Source: Bacilli bacterium | Lineage (GTDB): Bacteria; Bacillota_I; Bacilli_A; RFN20; DUOF01 | Direction: 5' to 3' | Length of the DNA stretch: 24,000 bases | Assembly: GCA_045119835.1 (NCBI GenBank) | Contig: JBGVED010000022.1 | Location: 27,646 to 51,645, forward strand | Shown here: positions 13,829 through 21,133 of the stretch, in pieces | Position numbering within the stretch: position 1 is the stretch's first letter | Layout: every line of letters begins with the position of its first letter | Translations under genes and position numbers: made by a program | Notes under the pieces: generated by a model | Databases searched by the model: none | What the model saw: only the letters and a program-made list of their open reading frames with translations | What the model was told of the DNA's origin: nothing

Positions 13829-15808
13829 ATGTCAATGAATAACAGTAAATTAAGAGGAATATCAAAAGGATTTGGAAGCAACAAATTACTAAGACAAAAG
13901 ATAAACGAAGCTATATATGCAACAAGTGTAGTAGTTAACAAAATAGAATTAAGCTACAACAAAGAAACAAAAGAATATGAAATAACTAAAGACGTTAGAG
14001 GATTAGCAGTATGGAATCCTGTATTTGAAAGATTTGGCTTAAACAGAGACTATCAAAAGATGAATGTAACAGTAGAAGCAGAAGATGACAATGGAAACAC
14101 AACTAAACGTAAAGTTAATATAGACGGTGAATCAGTAGTTATGTGTGACAGCATAATGTTCATCAAATGTGATAACCTTAAACAAATAGCTAAAATGGAC
14201 GAAGAAGGATTCGTATATAATGGTGAATTATATAGAGTACTAGGTGCTTCTCCTTCTCAACAAAAACACGCAGTTAAAGCTTATTTTAAAGTGACTAATG
14301 AATTCCCAACTGAAAAACATGCATTCTTAGCTATGGACGAAGTAAGTGGTTTTGTCTTTACTAAGGGTATATTCAGAAACAAAGTATCTGGACAAAAAGT
14401 TATTGCTGCCAATACAAGATTTGGTAACTATTTAACAGGTATGCAATGCTTAGCTAAAATAGACTTATCAAAAGATTATATAGTTATAGTTGACGGAAGC
14501 ATACCAGGAGCATATGATTTTGACGAACAAACTAGAGAAGAAATGGAAGCTAAAGGACTTGAATTTGACTGCAACATCAATGATGGAGCTTTACACTTTG
14601 GTGTTCCAACAATACAAGAAATAGGACAAAATGTAGGTGTTAGTTTAACAGAAGAAGATGCATTAAGAGTTGCTTTACAATCAAGAATAACTTATATAAC
14701 AGCTAAAGTTATGGGTGACTGTATGCCAGAAAATCAATTATTACAAATGGCAGCACTTCCTAATGCAGTTAAATATGGAAACACAAACGGAAGATTAATG
14801 TTAGTATGCGATACAGATGGAGCAAAAGCTTTAGCAGTTCCTGAATTAGAAAACGGTACAGCTGTATTAGATGTATACGTTATGGCTCAAGCTGCGGTTT
14901 CTGAACCAAAAAGTTCAGGACAACATTTAATCAAATATATGGCAGTTGCTCCAGAAAGAACATTAGAATTCATAAACACAGTGACTACTGAAAATTTAGA
15001 AGCATATGTTATGAATCAAGTAGCAGAAGGTAAAGGTTCTACAGTTGTTGACGATATAAAAAGAGCTCTTGGAGAAGATGCTTTCACAACTAAGATATTT
15101 GTAGAAGGTATATACAGAGATGCTTTCAAGTTTGTACAATCAGCTATAGCTAAAACTAAATTATCTATAGAAGCAGTATATAGCCATATGACATTTGATA
15201 GTACTTTTGTATTAACTAAAGGATTAATCAGAGGTATACTAGACATAACTAATGAAGGTTTTGTACAAGCATTCTGTCCAGACGTATTAAGAAAATATGC
15301 TAAAGAAATAGCTGCTATAGAAAATGATCCAACATTAACAGAAAGAGAAAAAGAAGTAAAATTATTTAACTTACTATCTGGTACAGTTATAAAATACCCT
15401 TCTGCAGGAACAAAAGAATTTGAAATCATAGTTTATCAAACTATGAAACAAATAGAAACATCTATAAAATCTAGAGTTGCAGAACTAGGATTAGACAATA
15501 AGGATGCAGAAGCTATGGTAGATATGTTATTAGCATATTTTGAAAATAGACCATATGGAACAACTACTTTTGCACCATTAAACGCATTAAAAAACAAGTT
15601 GGCGGGAGCCGACTGTGATTTTGATGCTACTATGACAGATATGAGTGAATTAAAACACATCCTTATAGAGAAAAGATTAGAAGAACAAGAAAAACAACCT
15701 GGATTTATGGGGGATTGTACTTTTATCAGCTATAAAGATGTACCAAGAACAGAAGATAAAAATGTTGTTGAAGATACTTTAGGAAACACTGATGATATAG
15801 AATGGTAG
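13829..15808 (+). CDS. Compact two-barrel RNA polymerase, RdRP/QDE-1/YonO-like (659 aa)
   Basis: The CDS itself is near-certain (strong SD, terminator). The function call rests on an ordered motif series: GELYRVLGASPSQQKHAVKAYF (aa 132-153), ANTRFGN (194-200), NDGALHFG (251-258), LQSRITYITAKV (283-294), IKYPSAGTKEFEII (521-534), LAGADCDFD (591-599; DxDxD, DNA 15611-15625). C-terminal tail EDTLGNTDDIEW. Confidence 0.6.
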   Translation: MSMNNSKLRGISKGFGSNKLLRQKINEAIYATSVVVNKIELSYNKETKEYEITKDVRGLAVWNPVFERFGLNRDYQKMNVTVEAEDDNGNTTKRKVNIDGESVVMCDSIMFIKCDNLKQIAKMDEEGFVYNGELYRVLGASPSQQKHAVKAYFKVTNEFPTEKHAFLAMDEVSGFVFTKGIFRNKVSGQKVIAANTRFGNYLTGMQCLAKIDLSKDYIVIVDGSIPGAYDFDEQTREEMEAKGLEFDCNINDGALHFGVPTIQEIGQNVGVSLTEEDALRVALQSRITYITAKVMGDCMPENQLLQMAALPNAVKYGNTNGRLMLVCDTDGAKALAVPELENGTAVLDVYVMAQAAVSEPKSSGQHLIKYMAVAPERTLEFINTVTTENLEAYVMNQVAEGKGSTVVDDIKRALGEDAFTTKIFVEGIYRDAFKFVQSAIAKTKLSIEAVYSHMTFDSTFVLTKGLIRGILDITNEGFVQAFCPDVLRKYAKEIAAIENDPTLTEREKEVKLFNLLSGTVIKYPSAGTKEFEIIVYQTMKQIETSIKSRVAELGLDNKDAEAMVDMLLAYFENRPYGTTTFAPLNALKNKLAGADCDFDATMTDMSELKHILIEKRLEEQEKQPGFMGDCTFISYKDVPRTEDKNVVEDTLGNTDDIEW

Positions 15809-15815
15809 TATTTAT

Positions 15816-15842
15816 GGGCTCAGTTTATGCTGGGCCCTTTTT
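15816..15842 (+). terminator. Intrinsic terminator (paralogous to the one at 11423)
   Basis: GGGCTCAG-TTTATG-CTGGGCCC (8 bp with one G.U) followed by TTTTT. Confidence 0.75.
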
Positions 15843-15843
15843 A

Positions 15844-15870
15844 TATATCTATGTATAATGCATAGATATA
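15844..15870. promoter_or_regulatory. 10-bp inverted repeat with TATAAT in the loop
   Basis: TATATCTATG-TATAATG-CATAGATATA, immediately after the terminator. Candidate -10 box embedded in an operator-like palindrome. Confidence 0.4.
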
Positions 15871-15941
15871 ATGGGAGCTAAATAATCGGCAGCCTCCTCG
15901 TTGGCGCTCCTGGATATCCAACCAATGCCGTAAATACTATT

Positions 15942-15992
15942 ATGGGGTTAGGGCTGAACCTCGGTCAAAAGCCCGTGCATAGTCTTATGCAC
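15942..15992 (+). promoter_or_regulatory. Conserved two-hairpin leader motif, copy 2
   Basis: ATGGGGTTA-GGGCT-GAACCTCGGTCAAA-AGCCC-GTGCA-TAGTCTTA-TGCAC, followed by the AGGAGGG SD and the ATG at 16018. Confidence 0.6.
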
Positions 15993-16017
15993 TTTGCCTA
16001 TAGGAGGGCGTATATAT

Positions 16018-17655
16018 ATGAAATCAACAAACTCATTAAACAATGTAAAAATGAACAGAAGAGATACTTTATTACAAAAAGTATATGACGGAACTATAAG
16101 CTTAAAAGATTTAAGACAAATGGAAAATATAGACATGAACCAATGTCAATATCCAATTAGGGTTTTACAAAAAGTGTTTAACCCTATATCACTTGTAGGG
16201 CCTACTACAACTGTAGTAGGTAACATCATAAATATAGATGTAGATGACCCTCAAGGATTTGAAGAATTCAAAGATGCTCTATTATTACTAAACGATGAAG
16301 GTACTCATACACCATATGGAGAATCAATATGGAAAATAGGTAAAAACGTATTCTGTGGTTATAAATTCTATAATCATAAATTCTACGTTTATTATCAAGT
16401 AACTAATGCTGAAATGGCTGAAATCGAAAGAAAAATAAAAGGTATGAGAAGAAGCGAAATGACAGTGGAAGATGCTAAACAATTACAAAAAGATTTAGAC
16501 TCTGTACTTCGTGGATGGCAAGAATCTAGTATTGACGTTCACAAAGATGAAAAGAAATCATTCTCATATGATTTCAGACACTTCTTTAAGAAAGTAGATG
16601 TAGTGTCTAACTATTGTAAAACACATGCCGATAAAATAGAAATGAATACAAAAGAAATGTTTAAAGACCATAAGAAAGTTGATTCTAAAGAATTCAAAAT
16701 AACATTACCAAGCGATAATCCATTAGGTGACGATGTAGTATGTAAAGACTTAATAGGTAGAGTAACAGAAGAAATAAGAAAAGCTGCTGAAACATTCTTT
16801 AACGGCGACTTAAAAGATATATATGCAATGAGTAATATGGATGCTTTCTTACCATTTGTAGGTTATGCTCAAGCTAATCCAGAATTAGCATTATTCATAA
16901 AAGATATATATCAAATATGCTACAACGCTATAGGAAAAGAAACAATAGAAAAAGAACAATATGCTTTACTAAGAAATGTTGTATATTCTAAAGCTTTAGA
17001 TCTAGGTGTTGAATTCCAAGATGTAGTTAAAGTAGCTATAGACTGTGCAATGGTATCTGTTAAAGAAACTAAAGAAGGTATAGAAGTTACAAACTCTGAC
17101 GTTAACAGATTTAAACTATATCCAATAGTTAATATGTTTGGTAAAGAGTTTAAAGTAGCTATGACTAACCAACCTTATATGGAGACAATAGCAACAGAAG
17201 ATGATTTCTTAGTATTTGACAGATTTATAAAAGATAACGAAGAAATAGAATTCGTTAATGGTAAATCAACTGATGATAAATTAGTTATGATAAACGATTT
17301 CACAGGAACAGCTGTAGAATGTAATGGTGTATTAGTAGCTGAAACTAATGTTTATGCATTTGAAGAAGTAAAAGCTATGATAGTATTCAAAACATTCGAC
17401 GCAAAAGCAACTCCAAAACAAGCTATATATGATAAAACTGGTGCTTTATTAGACAGCTTAATTGAAGAAAACAATTTTGCAGGTATGAGAGTAACAGGTA
17501 AAAATAACAATGGTTTAAGAAACAACACTAACTTAATAGGTGTATTTAGAAGTACTTGTGCATTTGTTAAAGATGAAATAGTTGAACCAACAGATATAAT
17601 AGCATATGATCCAAAACCTGCTAGCCAAAAACTATTCTTAATTATCTGTAAATAA
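16018..17655 (+). CDS. Hypothetical 545-aa protein sharing its leader motif with the polymerase gene
   Basis: ORF-track ORF trimmed to the ATG at 16018 (AGGAGGG 9 nt upstream). No motif recognised. Same leader motif as the polymerase gene. Confidence 0.85.
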   Translation: MKSTNSLNNVKMNRRDTLLQKVYDGTISLKDLRQMENIDMNQCQYPIRVLQKVFNPISLVGPTTTVVGNIINIDVDDPQGFEEFKDALLLLNDEGTHTPYGESIWKIGKNVFCGYKFYNHKFYVYYQVTNAEMAEIERKIKGMRRSEMTVEDAKQLQKDLDSVLRGWQESSIDVHKDEKKSFSYDFRHFFKKVDVVSNYCKTHADKIEMNTKEMFKDHKKVDSKEFKITLPSDNPLGDDVVCKDLIGRVTEEIRKAAETFFNGDLKDIYAMSNMDAFLPFVGYAQANPELALFIKDIYQICYNAIGKETIEKEQYALLRNVVYSKALDLGVEFQDVVKVAIDCAMVSVKETKEGIEVTNSDVNRFKLYPIVNMFGKEFKVAMTNQPYMETIATEDDFLVFDRFIKDNEEIEFVNGKSTDDKLVMINDFTGTAVECNGVLVAETNVYAFEEVKAMIVFKTFDAKATPKQAIYDKTGALLDSLIEENNFAGMRVTGKNNNGLRNNTNLIGVFRSTCAFVKDEIVEPTDIIAYDPKPASQKLFLIICK

Positions 17656-17670
17656 TTATACAGAACCAGG

Positions 17671-17705
17671 GAGCATCAACCAGTTTAGGTTGGTGCTCTT
17701 CTATT
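17671..17705 (+). terminator. Intrinsic terminator
   Basis: GAGCATCAACC-AGTTTA-GGTTGGTGCTC (11 bp with one G.U) followed by TTCTATT. Confidence 0.7.
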
Positions 17706-17723
17706 GTGTATAATTATACACAA
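17704..17723. promoter_or_regulatory. Perfect 20-bp palindrome TTGTGTATAATTATACACAA centred on TATAAT
   Basis: Read directly. About 30 nt upstream of the ATG at 17754. Candidate -10 box within an operator. Confidence 0.45.
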
Positions 17724-17753
17724 AATAAATATAATAGAAAGGATTTGGTAATA

Positions 17754-18041
17754 ATGAATTACAAAACATTATTAAAAATATGTACAGAAAGGAAGTATAA
17801 AGATATGACTTATGATGAATTTATAATGGACATAATATGTGGCCATGAATTTATATGTGAATTAGACGGAATTGTGTTCAAAATTTTAAACATAAAAGAA
17901 GGGTTTTATACTATACGTTTAGGTGATAAAAGATACGATATATCAGAAGAAGAAGATATAGAAGAATATACTATATATCATAACATGACATTAAAAGAAT
18001 TAATGAATAAAAATATGATCAAAATAAAAGAAACATATTAG
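17754..18041 (+). CDS. Hypothetical protein (95 aa)
   Basis: ORF-track ORF trimmed to the ATG at 17754 (GAAAGGA about 10 nt upstream). The track's GTG start lies inside the palindrome. Confidence 0.7.
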   Translation: MNYKTLLKICTERKYKDMTYDEFIMDIICGHEFICELDGIVFKILNIKEGFYTIRLGDKRYDISEEEDIEEYTIYHNMTLKELMNKNMIKIKETY

Positions 18042-18052
18042 GAGGAAGACAA

Positions 18053-18439
18053 ATGAATAAATTACTTAATAAGACCATTGCTATATGCAAGGTCTTTTTT
18101 AATGTATTGGATAGCGTAGAAAAACTACCAGAATACGAACCAAAATATGCTGATAAATTAGTATTAAAAATTCATCCAAAGGGACACCACATGCAAATAA
18201 GAAAATATAAGAACAACGGTCGTGCTGAATATGATATAGACTTACACGATCATGATGAAGATAAAGAATATACTCATGGAGGTATTCATATTCATTATTT
18301 TGGATGGAGATATATTAAAAAACTTAATGAAAATAAATATGTAAGGTTAACTGGAAGAAATTTAACAGATGAAGAATATGAATTTTTACAAAATATAGAC
18401 TATAGAAATTTAATACAAATACAAGTAAGATATGAATAA
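18053..18439 (+). CDS. His-rich-motif protein (128 aa), paralogous domain to 12209..12769
   Basis: AGGAGG lies 7 nt upstream. MQIRKYKNNGRAEYDIDLHDHDEDKEYTHGGIHIHYF aligns with IQRRYYGSDGLPVVDYDLTHHGFPEDHPKNFGGAHKHLY. Confidence 0.8.
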   Translation: MNKLLNKTIAICKVFFNVLDSVEKLPEYEPKYADKLVLKIHPKGHHMQIRKYKNNGRAEYDIDLHDHDEDKEYTHGGIHIHYFGWRYIKKLNENKYVRLTGRNLTDEEYEFLQNIDYRNLIQIQVRYE

Positions 18440-18488
18440 AAAAATTATGGGTTATGCTTTATCCCTGAAAAGCTAGAAAGGATATACT

Positions 18489-19211
18489 ATGAAAACTACT
18501 ATAATGCAAATAATAAAATCAAACGAAAGATACAATGTTATACCAAAACTATATGAAATATTAACTGATAAATATGGCAAATTAACAATTGCTGGTGGAG
18601 CAATTATTGATTGCTTCTATGACAAACCATTTTATGATGTTGATTGTTTTATTAACATCAAAGATTTAAAACCAGAATGGAAACAAAAACTACACATAAG
18701 AAAAGATACTCATGTACTTGATGTATTAAGAGACAATATAGATGGCTTTGACATTGACATAGTTGTAATAGACTATTCAGTAGCAAAACACATCCGTCGT
18801 TTTGACCAACGCTTCAAGCAAGCTTGGTATGATGACAAAGGTCTTCACATGACTAAAGGAGCAGCAAAAGATATAACTGACAATAAAGTAAGAGTAGGTG
18901 TTTTAAATGGCCCTGCTATATACTTTAGAGTAATCCGTTCAGCTAGAAAATATGGTATGCATCTTGATGATACAGACATGTGGCTAATGGAAAACTTTAT
19001 GTCTTGCCTAGATAAATTAAGACTACCTAAGAAATATCAACACATGAAAAGAGAATTCTTACCTTATAAGAATCCTGACAAATTACTAGGAGAAATAGTA
19101 TATAAATACTCACAAAACTACTGGAATACTAAATTATTATACGCACCAAGCTGGACAACATTAAAATTATTCTTATTACCAGCAATAATAAAACACAACA
19201 GAAATAAATAG
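18489..19211 (+). CDS. Pol-beta-superfamily nucleotidyltransferase (CCA-adding/poly(A)-polymerase-like head), 240 aa
   Basis: IAGGAIIDCFYDKPFYDVDCFI fits hG[GS]-x(9-13)-Dh[DE]h. A further acidic strand is FDIDIVVID. RRFDQRF is reminiscent of the RRDFT motif of class II CCA-adding enzymes. Confidence 0.55.
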   Translation: MKTTIMQIIKSNERYNVIPKLYEILTDKYGKLTIAGGAIIDCFYDKPFYDVDCFINIKDLKPEWKQKLHIRKDTHVLDVLRDNIDGFDIDIVVIDYSVAKHIRRFDQRFKQAWYDDKGLHMTKGAAKDITDNKVRVGVLNGPAIYFRVIRSARKYGMHLDDTDMWLMENFMSCLDKLRLPKKYQHMKREFLPYKNPDKLLGEIVYKYSQNYWNTKLLYAPSWTTLKLFLLPAIIKHNRNK

Positions 19212-19220
19212 GTAGAGAAC

Positions 19221-19262
19221 ATACCCATCAGTATATCTGCAGTATATTGGTGGGTATTTCTG
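19221..19262 (+). terminator. Intrinsic terminator, 15-bp stem
   Basis: ATACCCATCAGTATA-TCTGCAG-TATATTGGTGGGTAT. Two G.U pairs form only in the plus-sense RNA. Followed by TTCTGTGT. Confidence 0.6.
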
Positions 19263-19318
19263 TGTCTATTTATAGGCACAAATAAAATAGTCCTTGAGAC
19301 TTTAAACTGGAGGAATAC

Positions 19319-19993
19319 ATGAAAAAATTATTTATGAGAACTTTAAAAATAACATCTTCTATGATTATATTCACTGTAGCATTTTTTTGTTTTTCAGTAT
19401 GTTGTTGTTGTATAAGTGTGATAACAGACGATACACCAGAACCTATTCAAGAAACAACAAATTATGATGAAGAATTAGCTGAAATAAAAGAACAATATGA
19501 GCAACAAATAGCTGAATTAAATAATACTATAGAAACAAAAGATGAAGAAATAAATAATTTAAAACAACAAATGGACGAACAAAATGAAATAATATTTGAC
19601 AAACAAGAAGAAATATATGAATTAGAAAATCAATTAGAAACAACTAATAATAACTATTATATTTCTCATGATGAATATATAGCTGGAAACGACAGTGATA
19701 ATGATGGAGATAATCAATATGATAATGAATATGCTGATCCTGACAGAATATATATAGACGAAAACGGCAACATCATTTATGACGATCATAATAATTATAA
19801 TTATCCATCTTATGATGTAGACGATAATGAATCTTCAAATTATGGAGATTATTATATTGCAAGAGGAAATAGTTATTATCATAATAGTCCAAACTGCAAA
19901 TATTTACAAGGAGCAGATACAGACAGAGTGACTGAAGAAGAGGCTATATCAAATGGCAAACATGAATGCAACTGCGTTAAATATGGTTATTAA
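19319..19993 (+). CDS. Membrane-anchored coiled-coil protein with a C-terminal YH..C...CxC zinc-ribbon-like motif (224 aa)
   Basis: N-terminal TM segment with a CCCC run (IIFTVAFFCFSVCCCCISV), a coiled coil, an Asp/Asn/Tyr-rich low-complexity region, and a C-terminus YYHNSPNCKYL...EEEAISNGKHECNCV. Confidence 0.8.
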   Translation: MKKLFMRTLKITSSMIIFTVAFFCFSVCCCCISVITDDTPEPIQETTNYDEELAEIKEQYEQQIAELNNTIETKDEEINNLKQQMDEQNEIIFDKQEEIYELENQLETTNNNYYISHDEYIAGNDSDNDGDNQYDNEYADPDRIYIDENGNIIYDDHNNYNYPSYDVDDNESSNYGDYYIARGNSYYHNSPNCKYLQGADTDRVTEEEAISNGKHECNCVKYGY

Positions 19994-20053
19994 AATAAAT
20001 TATTAATTTAAAAAAATATATGGGTGGCGACCGGCGCTAGAAGGAGATTTACC

Positions 20054-21133
20054 ATGAAAAAATATGAATTAGAAATGCAAATACAAAAACAAATGGAAGA
20101 ATTACAAAATAAAGAAACTGAATTACAAAATCAAAAAACTGAAGATAGAAAAACAGTAGAACAATTATGTAGCGAATGGAATTGGACATTATCAGATAAA
20201 GAAGCAACAATAGTTAAAGAAGTAGTAGTAGACAATACAGATACAGCAACAATAGAAATGCTTAGAGAAACAATAAGACAAATGAATCAAACAATAAATG
20301 ATATGAATAAAGAACAAGATGAACTATACAAATTATATTTAGAAGAACAAAGAGAAAAAGAAATATGGGCTGCTGCACATGCCGAACTAAAAGAAGTATA
20401 TGAACAACAAATGATAGATATGACATCTGAGTTCGAATTACAATTAGATGAATTAAATAAAAAATACTCTGCATTAGACAGTGAAAATGAACAATTAGAT
20501 AGAGAGATCCATGTATTAACAGGGCAAGTTGCAGGGTATGAAGCACAATTAACTAACAAGGATATAAAAATAGAATCATTAGAAAAACAAATAGCAGATG
20601 CTAAAGAAGATAAAGTAAGAGCTGAAATAATAAAAACAAAAAGTGGAGCAACAATAGAAGTAGTTGACGATCCTGATTATAATGACGTACCAGAAGAAAA
20701 ACCTGTAACTAATAATAAACCAATGAATAATCCAATAAGCTTAACTTATACTTCTTTACACGTAACTCATGATGCAATAAAAGCAATAGCACACGATAAA
20801 GCTAATGGTGTAACATTCCATTTCGTATGGAAAGCTGGACAAGAAAAACTTCCATGTTTTAGTGCAACAGGAGCTAGAGGAACTTGGAGCAGAATGAATG
20901 GTGCAGGTATGTATCGTTATGGTAAACAAATAGTTGAAGATTTCAAACAACTAGCAGAAGAAAAAATAATAAGCAAAACTAAAGATGGCAAAGTAAAAAC
21001 AACTAAAGCTAATAAACCAAACAAACCTGAAGATAAACCTGTAGTTAAAGTAACAAAAGAAGTTGCAGTAGAAACTAATGATGATCCACTTGGAAACACT
21101 GATGATATGGAGTTTGACTGCTATGACTGCTAG
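20054..21133 (+). CDS. Coiled-coil protein with the shared acidic-aromatic C-terminal peptide (359 aa)
   Basis: ORF-track ORF trimmed to the ATG at 20054 (AAGGAG 7 nt upstream). Long coiled coil, a basic Lys/Pro linker, and C-terminus NDDPLGNTDDMEFDCYDC. Confidence 0.8.
   Translation: MKKYELEMQIQKQMEELQNKETELQNQKTEDRKTVEQLCSEWNWTLSDKEATIVKEVVVDNTDTATIEMLRETIRQMNQTINDMNKEQDELYKLYLEEQREKEIWAAAHAELKEVYEQQMIDMTSEFELQLDELNKKYSALDSENEQLDREIHVLTGQVAGYEAQLTNKDIKIESLEKQIADAKEDKVRAEIIKTKSGATIEVVDDPDYNDVPEEKPVTNNKPMNNPISLTYTSLHVTHDAIKAIAHDKANGVTFHFVWKAGQEKLPCFSATGARGTWSRMNGAGMYRYGKQIVEDFKQLAEEKIISKTKDGKVKTTKANKPNKPEDKPVVKVTKEVAVETNDDPLGNTDDMEFDCYDC

Noticed and set aside
15321-15335. Alternative catalytic site VCDTDGA (aa 326-332) in the polymerase-like protein
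   Set aside because: It has only two Asp (DxDG, with Ala in the third position) and lacks the preceding K/R-x-P-S/T strand. DCDFD at aa 595-599 fits the motif order better. Structure prediction should confirm this.
2246-20950. Short antisense or alternative-frame ORFs inside larger genes (e.g. 2246..2428, 2649..2831, 3399..3581, 3992..4231, 6432..6653, 7889..8080, 9372..9632, 11215..11430, 11619..11906, 12172..12420, 13167..13388, 15016..15429, 15436..15660, 15948..16136, 20262..20546, 20287..20559, 20756..20950, 20917..21099, 20951..21157, 21903..22220, 22380..22592, 23077..23451)
   Set aside because: They have no SD and a low-complexity or hydrophobic 'shadow' composition. They are fully embedded in better-supported genes on the opposite strand or in another frame.
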